Shown: piece by piece, positions 44,856 to 54,832 of the stretch | How the letters are laid out: each line of letters starts with the position of its first letter | Position numbering within the stretch: the first letter of the stretch is position 1 | Source of the DNA: an uncultured virus (IMG/VR IMGVR_UViG_3300036406_001455) | Lineage: Duplodnaviria; Heunggongvirae; Uroviricota; Caudoviricetes | Reading direction: 5' to 3' (one strand) | Length of the DNA stretch: 64,000 nt | IMG/VR virus record: IMGVR_UViG_3300036406_001455 | Notes under the pieces: model-generated | Database searches by the model: none | Told to the model about the DNA's origin: nothing | What the model saw: the letters and a program-made list of their open reading frames with translations, nothing else | Made by a program: the position numbers and the translations under genes

Positions 44856-45104
44856 TTACTCCGGTACGTCGCGTGCGAGGATGGCCATGCGCTTGGCTGC
44901 GATGTCGAGGACGGTTGACGCTTCGGGGGAAGCCTCGCGCAACGCCTTGGCGCTCTGATCCAAGGCGCTGCTGGCCGTAAGAAGGCCATGCGCAAATCCG
45001 CTGCTGAACCCGTGGCGCAGTCCTACGAGGTAACCAATGCAGCCCGACGCGATGCCGAAGCCCACAACACCCACAGCAAAAGCCCACGTCAACATCGGGG
45101 TCAT
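44856..45104 (-). CDS. Small membrane protein
   Basis: N-terminal hydrophobic helix. Confidence 0.55.
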   Translation of the reverse strand: MTPMLTWAFAVGVVGFGIASGCIGYLVGLRHGFSSGFAHGLLTASSALDQSAKALREASPEASTVLDIAAKRMAILARDVPE

Positions 45105-45631
45105 GCGCGCCATCCGAGCATGCTGTCAAGCGCTGCGAGCGCCGTGAAGCTCGCGATTTTCACGTCAGCGGCCAACAGCGCCTGACGAAACTCCGTGTGC
45201 TCTTTGTAGTACATGAACAGCCGGGTGTCTGACGCCCGCCAGCAGGACTCCACGTTGGCCAGGCGGTCTGCCAGCTTTACGCACGCAGCCGCGGGGTACG
45301 TCTGCATCCGCGCGTAGATGCCACGATTCCGGTCCCGCCGCGTCGTGCCTTCACCGGTGCACGCCCACACGATGTTTGCCACGTCGGCGCCGAACCGACT
45401 CTCCAGGTCTGCTCGGGTCGTGTCGGTGTCTTCGAGCACGTCGTGTAACCACCCGGCCGAGAGCAGCGTGGTGTTCACCGGGCGGTCCATACGGAAACGC
45501 AGGATGACGGTCACGTCGCTCAGGTGGCGCGCGTAGGGCTGCGCACCGTACATCTGGCCGCGGTGTGCGCGTGCTGCAAACTCCGCAGCCTCGTGCACGC
45601 GCGCCTCGTTGAGCATGTGTTCTTCAATCAT
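45101..45631 (-). CDS. HD-domain small alarmone hydrolase (SpoT/Mesh1-like)
   Basis: AHRGQ, PY..H, WLHDVLEDT and VKLADRLAN. Confidence 0.88.
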   Translation of the reverse strand: MIEEHMLNEARVHEAAEFAARAHRGQMYGAQPYARHLSDVTVILRFRMDRPVNTTLLSAGWLHDVLEDTDTTRADLESRFGADVANIVWACTGEGTTRRDRNRGIYARMQTYPAAACVKLADRLANVESCWRASDTRLFMYYKEHTEFRQALLAADVKIASFTALAALDSMLGWRA

Positions 45632-46092
45632 CCAGCCTCCTGAGTGTCGGCGGGGGGCAGCGTGTAGACGTAGACTTCGGTTTGGGGCAGCGCGTGACGG
45701 ATTATCTCAGCAATCAGCGCCCAGTTGCCACCGCCGAGCCCAGTTCCGATCTTCGGCATGTGCACTTCGCGAAACACGCCAAGCCGCACAAGGCAGCCGC
45801 CCAACGCGGTGTAATGCACCCGGCACTGCCTTGTGCCTACGCCAAGCTGGGCCAGCATGTTGACCACGAGCCCGTCGCCTACGTGGCACACTTGATTGTG
45901 CCCAACCACGAAGGGCGGGTCGGATACGAGCTTCTTGTCGTGCCACCGCAGGTAGGCGGCCCTGGGGCCGTGCCCTACGCGAGCGTCGAGCGCCGCCGTG
46001 AACCCTCGGCCCCAGAGACCCTGGTCATTGACGATGTGTGCGATCACACCGGACTGCACCGCCGTAGCGTCACCCGTGATGTAGTGTATCAT
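45628..46092 (-). CDS. Macrodomain protein (TARG1/DarG/Poa1-like)
   Basis: GDAT, AHIVND.G.WGRGF, VNMLAQ and MPKIGTGLGGGNW. Confidence 0.88.
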   Translation of the reverse strand: MIHYITGDATAVQSGVIAHIVNDQGLWGRGFTAALDARVGHGPRAAYLRWHDKKLVSDPPFVVGHNQVCHVGDGLVVNMLAQLGVGTRQCRVHYTALGGCLVRLGVFREVHMPKIGTGLGGGNWALIAEIIRHALPQTEVYVYTLPPADTQEAG

Positions 46093-46532
46093 GTGCGCGC
46101 CACCAGTGCGCGGATGCGACAGAACGCTACCTCCACATCGTCGGTGGCTTCGATGGCGTAGTGCGCTTCCACCCCACGGTACTTGCCCTTCTCGCTACCT
46201 GCGCAACTGCCTACGACGCGCCAGTAAGCACCCTGGCCACGAATCGCTACGCGGTCAACCACCTCGCCGGGCCACACCAGATACCCCAGGTTCGCCAGCA
46301 GCAGGTGCCAGTGGGGCATCGCCGCACATACCGCCGGGAGGTAGTCGCCTTGCTCGATGCGCTTTGCGTCCTGCGTGAACCCGTAGAAGTCCGGCGCACC
46401 TGCGATCGAACCAATCGGGTTGCCGATGTAACCTACCCCCCACACCATGCCCCCGCCCATGGTGTAAACCCCTGCCATGTTCAGGTAGCCTTGGGGGAAC
46501 GCCGCCCGCACGAGCGCTCGGTCTTGGATCAT
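46089..46532 (-). CDS. Hypothetical protein
   Basis: Coupled ORF. Confidence 0.6.
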   Translation of the reverse strand: MIQDRALVRAAFPQGYLNMAGVYTMGGGMVWGVGYIGNPIGSIAGAPDFYGFTQDAKRIEQGDYLPAVCAAMPHWHLLLANLGYLVWPGEVVDRVAIRGQGAYWRVVGSCAGSEKGKYRGVEAHYAIEATDDVEVAFCRIRALVART

Positions 46533-47083
46533 GTCGCCCTCGCCCGCGCCATCAGGTTGCGCCACCACGTCTCGGCCTCGGTGTCGTACAGCGCGCGATG
46601 CGACTCCAACACCACATACGTGGCGGATTCGTCCGCCACGATGCGCGGATGGAACGTCGAGAACCGCGCCGCCACCAGCTCTGCGAGGTCGGTGTTGATG
46701 CCTCGCGCCCGTATCGCCTGCAACCGCTGCACAACGCCACCGCCCCCGTGTCCTGGGCCTACCTCGATGTACAGGTGCGGTGGCGTACGCGTCCACCGCA
46801 CATCATCAACCGTGATCGTGTCAACTGCGCGCCAGTGCGCAGTACACTCCGCCGGCAGCCAACCGCCTTGACACGAAGACAACGTGACGAAGCCCAGCGC
46901 CCGCAGCTCCTCAACGTAGTCGACGATGGCCCCATCGTAGCCGTCGGGCTCCACAGGAGCGTGCACGCGCGACCACGCCTCGGAGAAGCCTGCGAACGCC
47001 TGAACCGCGTAGCGCCTGCTGTGCAAGCGTCGGGACTCCTCGCGGATGTCGAACCCTGCGTCGTGGATCACAAGCTGCTCCAT
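46529..47083 (-). CDS. Hypothetical protein
   Basis: D..I...V..L...GFVTLSSCQG motif. Confidence 0.65.
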   Translation of the reverse strand: MEQLVIHDAGFDIREESRRLHSRRYAVQAFAGFSEAWSRVHAPVEPDGYDGAIVDYVEELRALGFVTLSSCQGGWLPAECTAHWRAVDTITVDDVRWTRTPPHLYIEVGPGHGGGGVVQRLQAIRARGINTDLAELVAARFSTFHPRIVADESATYVVLESHRALYDTEAETWWRNLMARARAT

Positions 47084-47658
47084 GGGGCCAAGTGAGGGCA
47101 CGTCGGGTCCGCGAGCAAGAAGTACGGGTAACGCGAGGGCGTCGGTCCGCCCTCCACGGCCGGCACCTCCGGCGAATCGAAGCTCAGCATCCGAATCAGC
47201 TGCTCACGGTTGTAGCTGCCGTTACGACGCTCCCACGGTCCGCCAGCCGGCTGCACGTAGTAGAGGCTCGCGGTGTCCCACGGCTTGGGCACGTGGTTCG
47301 TAATCACAGAGATGCGCGTAAGCGCGGGGCATACCGACGCCCACACCTGGCCTGCTCGGAACCCCGGGTGAGGGAGCGGAAAGGTCGCGTCTACCCACGC
47401 CATCCAGTCGATAATGTCCGCAGATGTGGGCGGGGAAACGCCGAAGGGCAAACACCCCGTCAACGTGTGTACAATCTTGTCATAGACGTTGATCGTACCA
47501 TTGCTGTAATAACTCGGAAACGTCAACGCGTGAAGCATGTGTCCATCGCGGCGTTGCGCAAACCGCCCATGCACGCCGTGCCACCACGGGCGCTCCGGGA
47601 ACGGTTGCGGCTTTCCGTCCAAGTACGAGTTTATCAGCGCCTTTGGGATGGGGGTCAT
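47068..47658 (-). CDS. ERPWW/GQVW family paralog 2
   Basis: ERPWW, RRDG, D.TFPLPHP...GQVW and C-terminal APW. Confidence 0.75.
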   Translation of the reverse strand: MTPIPKALINSYLDGKPQPFPERPWWHGVHGRFAQRRDGHMLHALTFPSYYSNGTINVYDKIVHTLTGCLPFGVSPPTSADIIDWMAWVDATFPLPHPGFRAGQVWASVCPALTRISVITNHVPKPWDTASLYYVQPAGGPWERRNGSYNREQLIRMLSFDSPEVPAVEGGPTPSRYPYFLLADPTCPHLAPWSSL

Positions 47659-48134
47659 GCGAGCCCCAGCGACGCGGCCAAGGGCGTTCCGCCGATGTCC
47701 GCGACCGAGGGGCACCACGGAACGTCTCGGCCCCACGGCGTGGGTCCGGCCACCAGGACCGCGTCTCGATGCAGGTTCATGTAGCCATTCGAGAAGCACG
47801 GCTCACGACCGTTGCTGACGCCCAAGAAGGTCAGCTCCCGCCACGTGCGATCCTCGCCCAGCACGGCCCACACCTGCCCCGGCATGGGTGGCGGCTTGGG
47901 TACCGGGTGCTCGCGGTCGACGCGTGCTCGGGATTCAGCGTACGACTCCGCGGGCAACGACACGCCAAGTGGCGAGTAGAGGTCCGGGTGTCGCTCAAAA
48001 TGCGCCAGCAGAACCAATGCGACATCGTCGCAACGCCGCTCCGCCCGCCACCAAGGCCGCTCGTACACAAAGCCCCCGCCGCCGGCCCACATCGGGGACC
48101 ATCGGGCCGCCAACGCGATTGGCATGGAGATCAC
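47655..48134 (-). CDS. ERPWW/GQVW family paralog 3
   Basis: ERPWW, RCDD, DREHPVPKP...GQVW and AGPTPWGRDVPW. Confidence 0.8.
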   Translation of the reverse strand: MISMPIALAARWSPMWAGGGGFVYERPWWRAERRCDDVALVLLAHFERHPDLYSPLGVSLPAESYAESRARVDREHPVPKPPPMPGQVWAVLGEDRTWRELTFLGVSNGREPCFSNGYMNLHRDAVLVAGPTPWGRDVPWCPSVADIGGTPLAASLGLA

Positions 48135-48451
48135 GCATCCCCCTTGGCCATCAGCGGGTGCTGCGCATCAACAAGCAGCGCAATCGTCTTCGGGTGCGAC
48201 CGCCCGCTGAGGCCAGACGCTACACGCGCTTCGATGTCGTGCAGGAGCGCCGCGGTGGGCTCGCATGCCAGCGACCACGCCATCCAGTCCTCCGGATGTG
48301 TACTGCCGCCTTCGGCTGCGGCCGCGCGAAGGCAGTGCGCCAGCATGTCCTGCACGTTGCTGCCCGACGCACCTGCCAGCAGGGGGCGTCCAGTAGGGCC
48401 CTTGGTCAAGAAGGCCAAGCCTCGAACGGGCCGGTTGTGCGTGGATGCCAT
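48131..48451 (-). CDS. Hypothetical protein
   Basis: Coupled ORF. Confidence 0.55.
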   Translation of the reverse strand: MASTHNRPVRGLAFLTKGPTGRPLLAGASGSNVQDMLAHCLRAAAAEGGSTHPEDWMAWSLACEPTAALLHDIEARVASGLSGRSHPKTIALLVDAQHPLMAKGDA

Positions 48452-48499
48452 GTACCCCTGCTAACCTAAAGCCGGGTTTGTGCAACCAGAGATCGCTTA

Positions 48500-48892
48500 T
48501 TACTCCGGCGCCAGTCCGAGGCGCCCCTGGGTTGGTGCTGGGGTCTCGGCCAGTCGCAGCGCGCGTGCTTGTTTCAGCCGGTGCAGCAGCTGCGCGTCGG
48601 CGGCGCCCTGTGCCAACGCCCTCGTAGTTTCATACCCGGTATCTACGCTGTGCTTCCGATCCCCATGTAGACGCACGCGCCAACGGTACGTCATGTGCGG
48701 CATGCCGCAGCAACATGTGCAACGCGCAGTCTCGCAGGACACGTAGGCTGCGATGCTCTGCGTACCTTCCCAGTGTCGCAGGCAGTCGCCACCGGGCGCG
48801 GCCTCCCACGGGAGCGCCGCAAGCGCATCTCGGGGCGGCAACACGGTGTAGCCTGCGGCGCGAAGTGCCTCGGCCATTTCGTCGAGATTCAT
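48500..48892 (-). CDS. Hypothetical protein
   Basis: Coupled ORF. Confidence 0.6.
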   Translation of the reverse strand: MNLDEMAEALRAAGYTVLPPRDALAALPWEAAPGGDCLRHWEGTQSIAAYVSCETARCTCCCGMPHMTYRWRVRLHGDRKHSVDTGYETTRALAQGAADAQLLHRLKQARALRLAETPAPTQGRLGLAPE

Positions 48893-49109
48893 TCAGGTTC
48901 CGACGGCACGAGCACCAAGCAGTCGCCCGGGTGCAGCCACATGAACGTTCGACCGAAAGCCAATGCCGCGGGTCGAGGCAGGCGCACGAGTTGCTGAAGG
49001 ATGAGCGTGGCGTCGTCTTGCGACGCTTCAAACTGCCACACCGCATACGCAGGGCAGCCAACGGAGCCCACTGCGATGATGCGCAACTCCCAGCGGCGAG
49101 AAGTCGGCA

Positions 49110-49367
49110 CTACGCCAGCGCTTCTGCTGCGGCCTGCAGCGCTCCGATCTTCATGTCGAGTGCGTGGTGTGCGAGCCGTTGCGCCGTGAGCTTGTCGTGC
49201 CTGCGGTGCGTATCGTCGCCCGTTATGGCGATGAGCAGGTTCCGCGATTCCTCCCCGGTCATGCGTGGGAGCCCCTGGCGCAGATGCACCAGCGACGAAA
49301 GCGCGGCGGTCAGCGCCTCGCGGCACAGCTTGATCTCGGCTTGATACACACTGCGTGGTGCAGGCAT
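49110..49367 (-). CDS. Hypothetical helical protein
   Basis: AAGGA RBS upstream of the ATG. Confidence 0.55.
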   Translation of the reverse strand: MPAPRSVYQAEIKLCREALTAALSSLVHLRQGLPRMTGEESRNLLIAITGDDTHRRHDKLTAQRLAHHALDMKIGALQAAAEALA

Positions 49368-49402
49368 CGCGGATTCCTTGAGGAAGTTCGACAGTAACAC
49401 AC

Positions 49403-49852
49403 TCAGGCTTGCGCCGCGCGCTGTCGGTGGTCACCGGTGGCTATTTCATCTGCCACGTCGTAAAGTAGCTGGTCTCCCTGCGCGCGGTCCGCTCTTGCAG
49501 TCAAGTGCGCCACCACGGCCACGCGCTCAGCCTCGGCTTCTGCGCTTGCCGCCTTTAGCCGAGCCCGCAGATCATCAACCTTCGCACGCTCGCTTTGCAA
49601 CAACCCCCGTAGCTCTCTTGCGTACTGCTGCAGCGCCGCGTAGCCGTAGGCGTACCCCGGGCACCCATCGGCCTCCGCCGCGGGCAACAGCGCCACCCAT
49701 GCCGGCACTTTCTGCCGCCAGCGAGAGATCGCGTCTTGCTCCTGCTGCACCGCTTCACCCCTGCGGAAACGCGAGTCCAGGCGGCCGCACGCGTGCGTTG
49801 TCGTGACCAGGTGCTTGCATGAATGGCAGTTGTGCCGGGTATCACTTGACAT
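49403..49852 (-). CDS. Hypothetical protein (CxxC plus coiled coil)
   Basis: NCHSCKH...C...CPGY followed by heptads. Confidence 0.65.
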   Translation of the reverse strand: MSSDTRHNCHSCKHLVTTTHACGRLDSRFRRGEAVQQEQDAISRWRQKVPAWVALLPAAEADGCPGYAYGYAALQQYARELRGLLQSERAKVDDLRARLKAASAEAEAERVAVVAHLTARADRAQGDQLLYDVADEIATGDHRQRAAQA

Positions 49853-50282
49853 TTGCGTTTAGTCCCCAGTCATGCGCCAACCCACGGGCCACGACCAAGC
49901 CCAAGCTGTAGCTTTGCTGATCCGGCGGGGTGATCGCGTTGCCCCCCGCCCGGCGCCAACACCAGCCGCCAGACTTCGGGCTCACCCACAGTGCTGAATC
50001 CGGGTGCCGGTCCATCAGGCGGGCGAGCAGGACTCCTATGGTCGCATCGTCGGCGATGTTTGGGTAGCAACGCGAGGAGCGCGCGGGCCAATGCAACAGG
50101 GGCGCGCCGCCTGAACTCACGCCCAGGCACGCAACGGCCACGCCGTTTACATCCAGAACCGTGCAGCGCCGCGTGCCCAAAGCATCAGGCACGTCGTCCG
50201 AGCACACCAGCATGCCTTCGGCCCAATGCCAGCTGGGCGCTGCCGCCAATGCCTTCGCGGCCGTCACCTCCTCTCGGGTCAT
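49842..50282 (-). CDS. Hypothetical protein
   Basis: W.W.EGML...PNIADDATIG.LL. Confidence 0.65.
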   Translation of the reverse strand: MTREEVTAAKALAAAPSWHWAEGMLVCSDDVPDALGTRRCTVLDVNGVAVACLGVSSGGAPLLHWPARSSRCYPNIADDATIGVLLARLMDRHPDSALWVSPKSGGWCWRRAGGNAITPPDQQSYSLGLVVARGLAHDWGLNANVK

Positions 50283-50638
50283 TCGGCCCCTCGCTTGCCG
50301 TTCTCGTCCATCAAGCCTGCCATCCGTTCAATGTCGCGCATGTTTCGGCGTGCGCGTTCGTCTTGTGCTGCGCGGTCGAGACGGAGAGCCAGCTGTTCAG
50401 CCTCCTTTCGGTCGTCGCTGGTCCACGTGTGCAGCATTGCTGGCGGCAACCACGCTGCCCGAAAGCTGTGTAGCCTGTGCATCGCAACGTACTTCTCAAC
50501 CCAGCGCCCACCGCGTGATCGCACCCACACGTTCTGTCGCGGAGTGTCGCAGTAGTTTGCTGCGATCCAACACTTCGCGCCTTCCCGCGCAACGCTGTCG
50601 CCATCGTAGTTGGCCACGACACCGTACCGCGCGGTCAT
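50279..50638 (-). CDS. Hypothetical protein
   Basis: VVANY...RSRGGRWVEK; coupled. Confidence 0.65.
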   Translation of the reverse strand: MTARYGVVANYDGDSVAREGAKCWIAANYCDTPRQNVWVRSRGGRWVEKYVAMHRLHSFRAAWLPPAMLHTWTSDDRKEAEQLALRLDRAAQDERARRNMRDIERMAGLMDENGKRGAE

Positions 50639-50826
50639 GCTGGCGCCCTGGGGATCGGCTGCCCCAACCATGGCTCCGACTCCGCCACGAGCTTTGCAAC
50701 TGCTTGTAGCTGATCCAGGTCGACGCTCAGGATGAAGTAGCCCGCGCTGTCGAGCAGGCTGATGGTACCGTCGTCCCACACCTGGAGCGATAGCGGGAGT
50801 TTGGCTTCTGCCAGTGTTCGTGTCAT
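50635..50826 (-). CDS. Small hypothetical protein
   Basis: Coupled on both sides. Confidence 0.6.
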   Translation of the reverse strand: MTRTLAEAKLPLSLQVWDDGTISLLDSAGYFILSVDLDQLQAVAKLVAESEPWLGQPIPRAPA

Positions 50827-51413
50827 GGACCATCCTTGCTGCGTGTAGCGGGTTCTTGCGCCAAAGCGGGCAAAACTACGCCCCCCTTACCGTCCAGAAG
50901 CGCGTACCCCTCAGCGAGTGCCAGCCGGTCCTCTGCCTTCTGCTTCCGCGCCGTGTCCGCGAGCACCGCGCCAGTACCCACCTTGTCGGGAGTCCCCCAC
51001 GAGCAGTTCTGGCCAGCGGGCGACGCAACAACCCGTCTGATCCACCCACCGCTATTACTCTCCCACGGCCCCGCAACAGCGCGTATCGGCTCACCGCCCA
51101 GGGCCACGCTTCGCACAGACCACGCCAGCACCTCGGGTTCCTTCGCCCAAGCCAAGTCATATCCGCGCTCCGCCAACCACAAACGCGCGTGGCAGGCACC
51201 TGTTGGGTCGCTCATGTCCAGCGCGGCCCCGTGCGTGAAGGAGGTCTCCATTCCGCCGCCCCAGCCATGCCAGCGTACGGCCAACTCGCCGGGACGCGTG
51301 ATGCTGGGCACCACGATGCCCTCGCAGCCGCGCATCCCGCAGTCGCCATGCTCGACCACCGGGCTACCCTTGCGCAACAGCCCAGGAACCTCGTGGTTCA
51401 ACGCTACAAACAT
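50823..51413 (-). CDS. Hypothetical protein
   Basis: Coupled ORF. Confidence 0.6.
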   Translation of the reverse strand: MFVALNHEVPGLLRKGSPVVEHGDCGMRGCEGIVVPSITRPGELAVRWHGWGGGMETSFTHGAALDMSDPTGACHARLWLAERGYDLAWAKEPEVLAWSVRSVALGGEPIRAVAGPWESNSGGWIRRVVASPAGQNCSWGTPDKVGTGAVLADTARKQKAEDRLALAEGYALLDGKGGVVLPALAQEPATRSKDGP

Positions 51414-51949
51414 CCGACACCCTCTGCGGCTTCCATCGCCTCCAGTGCGGTGGCTGCAGCACCCCGTGGGCCGCCCGCACAACACCAGTCCCACCCGGCG
51501 ATACCCCGCACGACTCGGGCCGGACCACGGTACCATCCGCCTGCGCCGCCATCCCACGGGGGCACCCAGCGCCACCCGTTCAGCCCTGTCTGGCCGGTCT
51601 CCGCGGCAAGCGTTGCGCGCAGCCGATCACGTTCCGCGGTTACTTCTGCGATTGTGGTCTGCGTAGGCGTGTATACGAGCTTGACGCTGGTCCCTGCGGC
51701 CTGAAGCTCACCGTCTTGCGCGAGCACACGCAACAGCACCCAGGCCGCGCCCGTGAAGTAATGCCCGGTGCGGCTGACGCCAGATACGCGTAGGGGAGAT
51801 TCTGAGGCTACTTCCAAGGAGCATTGCGCGCCAATCACCACCCCGGACAGCGCGGCTTGCTTGCGCCCCACCAGCAGCACGAATGGCCCAACACCCGAAA
51901 ACGTTGGGCGGTCCTCGCCGTAACTGGCCGAGACGACAATGAAGTTCAT
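51404..51949 (-). CDS. Hypothetical protein
   Basis: Coupled ORF. Confidence 0.6.
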   Translation of the reverse strand: MNFIVVSASYGEDRPTFSGVGPFVLLVGRKQAALSGVVIGAQCSLEVASESPLRVSGVSRTGHYFTGAAWVLLRVLAQDGELQAAGTSVKLVYTPTQTTIAEVTAERDRLRATLAAETGQTGLNGWRWVPPWDGGAGGWYRGPARVVRGIAGWDWCCAGGPRGAAATALEAMEAAEGVGCL

Positions 51950-52234
51950 CGAGACGCCAGCTTCGTGCGGATGGTCAGCGCGCAATCCGCAGCTTCGGAG
52001 GCACAGAGGTAAAGCGTGTGCGCGTTAGAACTGCCTACCATGCTTGCAGCTATTACGCTCTGGCGCAGCGTAGTCGAGCGGGTGTCGCACAGCCGCGCGG
52101 CGCCTTCCAACCCCGCCCGGTACCCCTGCTCCAACACATCGTCGAGAATCGCGGCCACGACTTGGAGTCGTGCATCGGCAGCAGTGCTTTCAGCCAGCGC
52201 CAGCAGCGCGCGGGCCTGCTGCTCTGCCCACGCG

Positions 52235-52468
52235 CTACTCACGGGGCGCCTTGATGTCGGCGACCAGTGCACCGAGCCTGGTTGTCAGCGCGTCTATGTC
52301 GGTCACGTGTCGTTGCAGGCGGCCGCGTACCACGATCTCCACATCCTCCGGGCGCAGCGCGTCCTCCTGACCCTTGGCGTAGGCTGCGCGAAGGGCCATG
52401 GCGATGGCCGCCGGGGTGCAGTTGTTCGCGTAGAGCCGAATCGCGATGGCTTCGTAGTCGGGCATCAT
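52235..52468 (-). CDS. Hypothetical protein
   Basis: MMPDYEAIAIRL...; coupled. Confidence 0.55.
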   Translation of the reverse strand: MMPDYEAIAIRLYANNCTPAAIAMALRAAYAKGQEDALRPEDVEIVVRGRLQRHVTDIDALTTRLGALVADIKAPRE

Positions 52469-52681
52469 AGCTCCAACGACCACGTGGCGTAAAGCCACGC
52501 GGCAGACAGAAATACGTGAAACGCTGGCGTGCTCAGCGACGGCCAGTGGAGCCCCATGATGTCGTCTGCAAGCCGCTTCGCTGGGTGTTCCAGCGTTTGG
52601 CCTACGGCTACGATCACGAGAGCACGGCGTTCAGCAGCAGAACGCCCCATGCAACGATCTGGGTGAACAGCAGAAGCTCGC

Positions 52682-53044
52682 TCATCGCGGCAACGTCGAA
52701 TCGAAGGTGGCGTGCTGCGGGCCAGCCAGATCGTAGTCGCCGTCAACCTGCCCTACGATGACCGCGAGCCGCAAGGCGAAGTTGTTGCCCACGCCCAGCT
52801 GGTTATGCAGCCACCCGACACACGCGCGTTCAGCCCCGATAGGGGTGTCATGGCACGCCATCGTCGGGGTCGGGGTCGGGCGCAGCGACTCGTCCTCTGC
52901 GATCATGCGGCGCAGTGCTTTGTGCCGGGCTTCGCTGTACCCATTCGGGATGGTACGAGGGTCCACCCCGACCTTCCATGGGCACTTCGCGCACTGCTTC
53001 TGTCGCTTGCGGATATTCGTCCCGGAATCCACGTCACAGGTCAT
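52682..53044 (-). CDS. Cys/His metal-binding protein (DUF6283-like)
   Basis: QCAKCPWK...MACH.......CVGWL.....N..LRL. Confidence 0.7.
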   Translation of the reverse strand: MTCDVDSGTNIRKRQKQCAKCPWKVGVDPRTIPNGYSEARHKALRRMIAEDESLRPTPTPTMACHDTPIGAERACVGWLHNQLGVGNNFALRLAVIVGQVDGDYDLAGPQHATFDSTLPR

Positions 53045-53415
53045 GCACACTCCTTCGGTAACCAGCCGGTATTGCCGCAACGGGCGCAGATAGGGAAGCC
53101 GCCGCTCCAGGCTGCGGCGCAATGTGTACACGCGGTTGCACGGTGCTCTTGGCCCATGTAGAGCCGTCGATACAGATAGTTGGACTTCCAGATGGCCAGC
53201 ATGCCGGCAGCGCCCAAGGTGCTAAGCAACGGCTGTTCCAGCGCCGCGCAGAACGTGTCTACAGGGTGCGGGCCTTCGGGGAGCAGCACCCAACGGTCCT
53301 GCAGCGCCGCCGTCAAGGTGCCCGCGTGCTCCGCATATCGCGGGTGTCGTGCCAGCAACTCCAGCCATGTCTCGAACACCGAGATGTAGGCTTCGCGGGT
53401 GATCGCTGGCGTCAT
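53041..53415 (-). CDS. Hypothetical protein with C-terminal zinc ribbon
   Basis: CTHC...CARC. Confidence 0.65.
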   Translation of the reverse strand: MTPAITREAYISVFETWLELLARHPRYAEHAGTLTAALQDRWVLLPEGPHPVDTFCAALEQPLLSTLGAAGMLAIWKSNYLYRRLYMGQEHRATACTHCAAAWSGGFPICARCGNTGWLPKECA

Positions 53416-53424
53416 GCAAACCCC

Positions 53425-53997
53425 TTATCCCGGTTCCGGTAACCCGGCAATACGTTCCACAGGCACATTCCAATCAACCGCGAAGCACGTGCGGCACTGG
53501 GGGCACGCCACGTGGTACGCGAACTCGGCAACTACGTGGAGCGCGGATTCGCACTCCGAGCACGTGAAGGTCAGGTCGATGGTCGTGCCTTTCCACTGAA
53601 AGCTGGCCGTAGGCTTGTCGGACAGCGGGTGCCAGCTGAAAAACGTCGGGTTCTGCCCGCGTTCTGGTTGCCACAGGTGTAGTTGTGATCCCCAATCGTT
53701 CTCAGCGGTCAGGACAACGAACTCCCCAATGGCCATGCAGTAAGGGTACGGGCCGTCAGGCTGCCCCGAGCGCACCATGCGCACGCGGTTGCCGATGCGC
53801 CAGCGAGCCTCGGGCGGGCCGTCGTCCTCGTCGTAACCCTCGGGTTGTTCGCCAACCACGCCGATGGTGCCTTCACACAGGTGTCGGCCGGGCGTGTCGT
53901 GGTCGTGGATGTCGAGACAGCCCCAGGTGTCGGGGCCGAGGATGCCGTAGAACACGATGTCGTCGGGTGCCGGGGTGGGGCGGTCGTTGCCCATCAT
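53425..53997 (-). CDS. Hypothetical protein with C-terminal zinc ribbon
   Basis: QWKGT...L.F.CSEC...CPQC. Confidence 0.65.
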   Translation of the reverse strand: MMGNDRPTPAPDDIVFYGILGPDTWGCLDIHDHDTPGRHLCEGTIGVVGEQPEGYDEDDGPPEARWRIGNRVRMVRSGQPDGPYPYCMAIGEFVVLTAENDWGSQLHLWQPERGQNPTFFSWHPLSDKPTASFQWKGTTIDLTFTCSECESALHVVAEFAYHVACPQCRTCFAVDWNVPVERIAGLPEPG

Positions 53998-54305
53998 GCC
54001 TTCTCTGTGGCCAGGCTGACGCCAAAGATCGTACCTTCGATACCGCCATTCAGCACCAGCGCCTGCGTGCCTTCGCGCATCGCAGCTTCCGCCCGCGCTT
54101 GGCGCCACGCCATAAACGCATGGCCGAAGGGCGTGTCGAGGCGTAGGTGCACACGCCCGGTATACCCGAGCGCTGATGGGGGTAGCGTAGGTCGAGCTTG
54201 GGCCAAGAGGTCGGCGCCATCCTCGGTCTCGCCGAAGAACAACCACAGGTCACGCTGAACCTCTGGGGTGAACGGCAGGCTGGCGGCACCTGGTGGGCTG
54301 GTCAT
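53994..54305 (-). CDS. Hypothetical protein
   Basis: Coupled ORF. Confidence 0.55.
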   Translation of the reverse strand: MTSPPGAASLPFTPEVQRDLWLFFGETEDGADLLAQARPTLPPSALGYTGRVHLRLDTPFGHAFMAWRQARAEAAMREGTQALVLNGGIEGTIFGVSLATEKA

Positions 54306-54604
54306 ACGCGCCTCCTCAAAGTTTCGAGCTTGATACGGTAAGCGATGCTTGCCTCTTGGATGCCTGCGGCATGCGCACGAAAGCCGGAGGCCGCCTTCTC
54401 CAGCGCTTTGCCCTGCGCGTAGAGCGCTTCAACCTCCTCAACGGTCTGCGCCCGGTCCAGGGCGCGTAGGAACGCTTCTTGGTCGCGCCAGAACTGCGAC
54501 GACTCCGTGGCCGCCAACACGAGTAGCGCGAATGCGTGGGCCGCGACCCAGAACAGGACGAATGGCAGCACTACATCAGCCACCCTTCGGCTCCTTGACG
54601 CCAT
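54302..54604 (-). CDS. Membrane-anchored hypothetical protein
   Basis: One hydrophobic helix followed by a coiled segment. Confidence 0.55.
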   Translation of the reverse strand: MASRSRRVADVVLPFVLFWVAAHAFALLVLAATESSQFWRDQEAFLRALDRAQTVEEVEALYAQGKALEKAASGFRAHAAGIQEASIAYRIKLETLRRRV

Positions 54605-54832
54605 ACGCGCGGTCGTCGCCAAAGCCGAGAAGCAGAAGCTGCGGCAGCAGCAGCCTTCGAATCCGCTGGCCTTCATCCGTGCGGATCGGAATGTTCTGGA
54701 GGTTGGGTGCGGGTGCCGTCATTCGGCCTGTGATCGGCTTCATGCTCTGGGACTTAGCCTGTCCTTGGCGGATTGGCAAGGCCCTTGCGCGATACCCCGT
54801 GACGTAGTAAGATCGCGTAACAAAGGGCCACC

